From an uncultured Bdellovibrionales bacterium (GTDB taxonomy: Bacteria; Patescibacteriota; Minisyncoccia; Moranbacterales; UBA9337), in NCBI GenBank assembly GCA_964605525.1, contig CAZSCV010000001.1:18424-82423 (forward strand): a stretch of DNA of 64,000 nucleotides, written 5' to 3'. How positions within the stretch are numbered: position 1 is the first letter of the stretch; each line of letters begins with the position of its first letter. Shown here piece by piece: positions 60,206-64,000 of this stretch. The notes beneath the pieces are model-generated. The model made no database searches. It saw only the letters and a list, made by a program, of their open reading frames with translations, and was not told the origin of the DNA. Both the position numbers and the translations under genes were made by a program.

Positions 60206-60952
60206 ATGCAAATCAAAGAATTTTTACAGAAGTTTGATATTGATGGGAAAAAAGCGGATGTTTATCTGGCAGTTTTGGAATTGGGGAGTGGAACTGCCAA
60301 TGAGATTGCTAAAAAGTCTGAAATTAAAAGAACGACTTGCTATGATGTCTTGCAAGATTTGGAAAAACCCGGTTTGGTTTATGAAACCAGCAAAGGCAAA
60401 AAAAGGCTTTTTGTGGCGGAGGATCCGGAAAAATTGCGCAAAAAAATAAGCGAAAAGGAAAAACTTCTTGATGAAATGCTCCCTGAGTTGCGATCTTTCT
60501 ACAATATCAAAGGGACAAAACCGAAAATCAGGTTTTATGAGGGCAAAGAGGGATTGCGCGAGGTATATGCGGATACCCTGAATTATTCCGGAGAAATGCT
60601 GGTATTTGCGTCGGAAGACGTAGCGAAAATTTTGGGGATGAATTGGACGAACGATTATTTGGCAAAAAGAGTGAAAAAAGAATTGCGGGTACGAGCGATT
60701 ATGCCAAAGACAAAAATTATTGAACAAGATTTTGTTTCGAAAGACCAAAAACAACTTCGCGCCTCCAAGTTGGTTGATGCGAAAAAATATCCTTTTTCTA
60801 TCGAAATCAACATTTATGGTCATCAAAAAGTAGCACTAATGTCTTCGCGAGAAGAAATGGGAATTATTATTGAAGGTGCGGAGATTTACAACACTCTGAA
60901 GCTTATTTTTGAATTATTGTGGGATAATCTGCCAGAGATTGAAATAAGCTAA
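60206..60952 (+). CDS. TrmB-family regulator (paralog 7)
   Basis: VYLAVLELG...IKRTTCY; KPKIRFYEGKEG; EINIYG...IIEG...IFELLW. Confidence 0.87.
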   Translation: MQIKEFLQKFDIDGKKADVYLAVLELGSGTANEIAKKSEIKRTTCYDVLQDLEKPGLVYETSKGKKRLFVAEDPEKLRKKISEKEKLLDEMLPELRSFYNIKGTKPKIRFYEGKEGLREVYADTLNYSGEMLVFASEDVAKILGMNWTNDYLAKRVKKELRVRAIMPKTKIIEQDFVSKDQKQLRASKLVDAKKYPFSIEINIYGHQKVALMSSREEMGIIIEGAEIYNTLKLIFELLWDNLPEIEIS

Positions 60953-60991
60953 TTAAATAATGAAAAGATAAGGGAAGCAAGAAAATCAACA

Positions 60992-63166
60992 ATGAAAACA
61001 CTTTTGAAAAAATATTTTGGGTTTGAGGAGTTTCGGCCTTTGCAGGGGGAGATTATTTCCAATATTCTGGCAGGAAGGGACACTTTCGTTTTGATGCCGA
61101 CTGGCGGAGGAAAATCGCTTTGCTATCAGCTTCCCGCGCTCAAATTTCCCGGAATCACGATCGTGATTTCTCCTTTGATCGCTTTGATGAAGGACCAGGT
61201 TGATTCACTGAAGGCTAGTGGCGTAGCGGCGGAGTTTTTAAATTCTTCGCTTTCTGCCGGAGAAATTGAGAGAATAAAAAAGGAAGCGCAGGAAAGAAAG
61301 GTTAAGCTTCTCTATATTGCTCCCGAGCGGATGGCGATGCGGGATTTTGAAGATTTTTTGGCAGAATTGAAGCCTAATTTGATCGCGGTGGACGAGGCTC
61401 ATTGTATTTCAGAATGGGGGCATGATTTCCGTCCGGATTATCGCAATCTTCGAAGGCTCAAGGATATTTTTCCCGGCGTGCCGATCGTAGCGCTCACTGC
61501 GACGGCAACGGAAAAGGTACGAGAAGATATTTTGAGTCAGCTCAATTTCCAAAACCACAAAACATTCATTTCCAGTTTCAACCGGGAAAATTTGTTTTTT
61601 CGGGTGGTGGAAAAAAGAAACGCTTTTCCCAAATTATTGAAATTATTGGAAAACCGCAAGAAAGACTCCGTGATAATTTATTGTTTTTCACGAAAAGATA
61701 CGGAAAATTTGACGGCGGATTTGCGGGCGGAAGGTTTTTCGGCGTTGGCATACCATGCCGGATTGGATTCGGCGAAGCGGAAAAAGGCACAGGAGGCGTT
61801 TATCCGCGATGAGGCGAATATTATCGTGGCGACAATCGCTTTCGGAATGGGAATTGACAAACCGAACGTGCGCTTGGTGGTGCATTATACTTTTCCCAAA
61901 TCATTGGAAGGATATTATCAAGAAGTGGGGCGGGCGGGACGCGACGGATTGCCGGCGGAATGCGTGATGTTTTATACTTATGCCGATGCGCGCAAGCATC
62001 AATATTTCCTAAATGATATTTCTGACGAGGCTTTGCGCAATCAAACGGCGAAAAAACTGCAAGAAGTGATGGATTATGCCGATTTGGAGTTTTGCCGGAG
62101 GCGACACCTGCTTTCTTACTTTGGAGAGGAATATGGAAAAGAAAATTGCGGAGGGTGCGACGTTTGTCTTTCGGATAAAAAAGAAAAAGAAATGTTTGAC
62201 GCAACAGTTGTGGCACAAAAAATTCTCTCAGCGATGGTGCGCACCGGACAGCGGTTCGGCGCCGGGTATATCGCGGACATTCTTTGCGGGAAAAATAAAA
62301 AAATGATTCGCGGTCGAAAACACGACAAACTTTCAGTTTTTGGAATTGTGAATGATTTTTCAGTTGATCAATTGCGAGAAATAATTCGCTTGCTTTTGGG
62401 CGTTGGATTGATTGAAAAATCTCAAGGGGAATATCCGACATTGATTCTTTCAGTCAGGGGAAAGAAATTTTTGAATGACAAGGAAAAACTGTTTTTGCCC
62501 AAGCTGGAAGAGGAAGTTTTTGATGATAGTTTCAAAATTGAGGATGATTTTGAATATGACGGACAATTGTTTGAAAAATTGCGCTCGCTTCGCCGAGAAA
62601 TCGCCAGTGAATTAAATGTCCCGCCATTTGTGGTTTTTTCTGACGTATCGTTGCGGGAAATGGCGTATTATTTTCCTTCTGACAGTGAAAGTTTTTTACG
62701 TGTAGCGGGAGTAGGGGAATTGAAGCTCAAAAATTTTGGAAAAAAGTTTTTGCAGGAAATAAACCGGTACGCGAAAGAAAACAACATTGCCCCGAAAGAA
62801 TTTCCGATTTTAAAAAGAAGGGGGAGTGAAGAAAAGAGACTGGGAACGAAGAAACCGAAAAAGGGGAACGTTACGAGCGGAACTTTTCGAATTACACGCG
62901 AATTTTTAGAAAAGAAGATATCTCTTGTTCAAATCGCCAAAAAAAGAGGACTGACCGTAGGCACCATTATTTCGCATATTGAAAAAATTAAAAATTCAGG
63001 AGAAAAACTGGATATTGATTATCTGAAACCGGAAAAAGAAATTTTTGAAGAAGTCAAAAAAGCTTTTGAGAAATGCGGAACGAGCGCCTTGAGTCCAATA
63101 CACAGGCAACTGAAAGGAAGATACGATTACGATACAATCCGATTAGTGAGGGTATTTTTGGATTGA
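60992..63166 (+). CDS. recQ: DNA helicase RecQ
   Basis: [56 protein letters not shown] and HRDC domains. Confidence 0.97.
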   Translation: MKTLLKKYFGFEEFRPLQGEIISNILAGRDTFVLMPTGGGKSLCYQLPALKFPGITIVISPLIALMKDQVDSLKASGVAAEFLNSSLSAGEIERIKKEAQERKVKLLYIAPERMAMRDFEDFLAELKPNLIAVDEAHCISEWGHDFRPDYRNLRRLKDIFPGVPIVALTATATEKVREDILSQLNFQNHKTFISSFNRENLFFRVVEKRNAFPKLLKLLENRKKDSVIIYCFSRKDTENLTADLRAEGFSALAYHAGLDSAKRKKAQEAFIRDEANIIVATIAFGMGIDKPNVRLVVHYTFPKSLEGYYQEVGRAGRDGLPAECVMFYTYADARKHQYFLNDISDEALRNQTAKKLQEVMDYADLEFCRRRHLLSYFGEEYGKENCGGCDVCLSDKKEKEMFDATVVAQKILSAMVRTGQRFGAGYIADILCGKNKKMIRGRKHDKLSVFGIVNDFSVDQLREIIRLLLGVGLIEKSQGEYPTLILSVRGKKFLNDKEKLFLPKLEEEVFDDSFKIEDDFEYDGQLFEKLRSLRREIASELNVPPFVVFSDVSLREMAYYFPSDSESFLRVAGVGELKLKNFGKKFLQEINRYAKENNIAPKEFPILKRRGSEEKRLGTKKPKKGNVTSGTFRITREFLEKKISLVQIAKKRGLTVGTIISHIEKIKNSGEKLDIDYLKPEKEIFEEVKKAFEKCGTSALSPIHRQLKGRYDYDTIRLVRVFLD

Positions 63167-63168
63167 AG

Positions 63169-63235
63169 AAATAAAAAAAATCCTGGAAACTGTGCTGTCA
63201 TATTTGACAGGTGCGATGAGTTTTCAGGATTTTTT
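63169..63235. terminator. Extended GATGAG-family hairpin between convergent genes
   Basis: AAAAAATCCTGGAAACT...CTGTCATATTTGACAG...GCGATGAGTTTTCAGGATTTTTT. Confidence 0.7.
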
Positions 63236-63245
63236 CTGCGGAACT

Positions 63246-63611
63246 TTAGTGCATTTTAGATAAAGTGCACTCTAATTCATTTAGGAATACCGGCTTTTGG
63301 ATGCAGAGTATTTTGTGTTGTTTGGAAAAATTCAAACACTCCTCTGAGATGTAGCCAGTAATAAGAATAATTTTTTTTTCAATTCCCGGATATTCTCCTA
63401 TAACTAATTTGCAGATATCCAGACCAGTTATATTAGGCATTCCAACATCCAGGATGATGGCGTGAAAATTTTCAAGTTTTATTTTTAACAATGCTAAATT
63501 TCCTTCAGACACAGTGATTACTTCCCATTTTTTTCCGAAAAAAGTTTTAAATATTTCCAAAATTGTTATTTCATCATCAACTACTAAAATTTTTTTCTTT
63601 TTATTTAACAT
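63246..63611 (-). CDS. Stand-alone response-regulator receiver
   Basis: ILVVDDE, IILDVGMPNITGLD, ILITG, QKP; AAGGAG SD. Confidence 0.88.
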   Translation of the reverse strand: MLNKKKKILVVDDEITILEIFKTFFGKKWEVITVSEGNLALLKIKLENFHAIILDVGMPNITGLDICKLVIGEYPGIEKKIILITGYISEECLNFSKQHKILCIQKPVFLNELECTLSKMH

Positions 63612-63794
63612 TTTCTTCTCCTTTTTAAGGAACTATTTGAAAACCCCTCATCATTTCTTTGTTAATTACTACGAAAAAGATATTTTAAAATTTCTATGGT
63701 AAAAACAGAAACTCGTTGTTTATTGTTAAAGTAGAGATATGAATATGAAATACGGATATGCTATACTAAATATATAATACAAGACATCAAATAA

Positions 63795-64000
63795 ATGGCT
63801 TCAATTGTTGCGCATATTGTTTATGCGCGGAAATATTTTGAGAAGTTTGAGCCGGTGGAGTTGGATCGGGATGAGTTTATTTTGGGTAGCGTATTCCCGG
63901 ATATTCGGCGAATTGACGAAAGCATTTCGCGTAAGGACACACATTTGCATTTTTCTCCAATAGATTTGAATTTCAAAGGACTTTCTTCGTTTTCTGCCGG
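63795..64000 (+). CDS. Zinc-dependent phospholipase C-like/HD-like protein (partial, runs off window end)
   Basis: Hand translation MASIVAHIVYA...FILGSVFPDIR...RKDTH; H...GS..PD...TH pattern. Confidence 0.6.
   Translation, partial: MASIVAHIVYARKYFEKFEPVELDRDEFILGSVFPDIRRIDESISRKDTHLHFSPIDLNFKGLSSFSA

Noticed and set aside
56319-63235. Hammerhead ribozymes (GATGAG and GAAAC resemble the core)
   Set aside because: CUGA is absent and the order and three-stem topology do not fit; the elements are simple hairpins.
1053-63702. Numerous short antisense or out-of-frame ORFs in the track (e.g. 3097-3540, 10591-11118, 60224-60826, 61821-62441)
   Set aside because: They overlap confidently assigned genes and show no motifs or start signals.
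1-64000. Alternative genetic code (UGA=Gly as in Gracilibacteria/Absconditabacteria)
   Set aside because: Core genes are full length under code 11, and TGA serves as the stop in the flippase, xer and recQ genes.

Overview
AT-rich bacterial chromosome segment, standard genetic code. Gene content points to a CPR/Patescibacteria (Parcubacteria-type) genome; this taxonomy is inferred, not database-checked. Core genes: dnaA-dnaN-dciA, rpmH-rnpA-yidC-jag, yebC-ruvC, xerC/D, pcrA, recQ, CCA-adding enzyme, tRNA-Ala(GGC) and tRNA-Arg(CCT). Also present: a VirB4/PrgI/VirB6 type IV secretion cluster, glycosylation genes, a 2275-aa FN3 surface protein and an ATP-grasp/aspartyl-protease/7TM module. Replication signals are split three ways: DnaA boxes upstream of dnaA (~19.7 kb); a denser DnaA-box cluster with an AT-rich tract at ~45.0-45.3 kb, where G/C strand bias appears (by eye) to flip; and six regularly spaced parS palindromes at 53.3-54.2 kb. 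The most striking accessory pattern is seven TrmB-family regulator paralogs, six of them head-to-head with unrelated cargo genes (an AlaRS catalytic-domain paralog, a DMT transporter plus a beta-barrel-like protein, a B12 radical SAM plus a methyltransferase, and orphans). The cargo genes share a boxA-like motif and strong Shine-Dalgarno sites. In the 56-63 kb region they also end in hairpins with a common GATGAG motif, and a duplicated recQ 5' end lies nearby. Together this suggests a modular regulator-cargo cassette system. All protein calls come from motif recognition; no searches were run.
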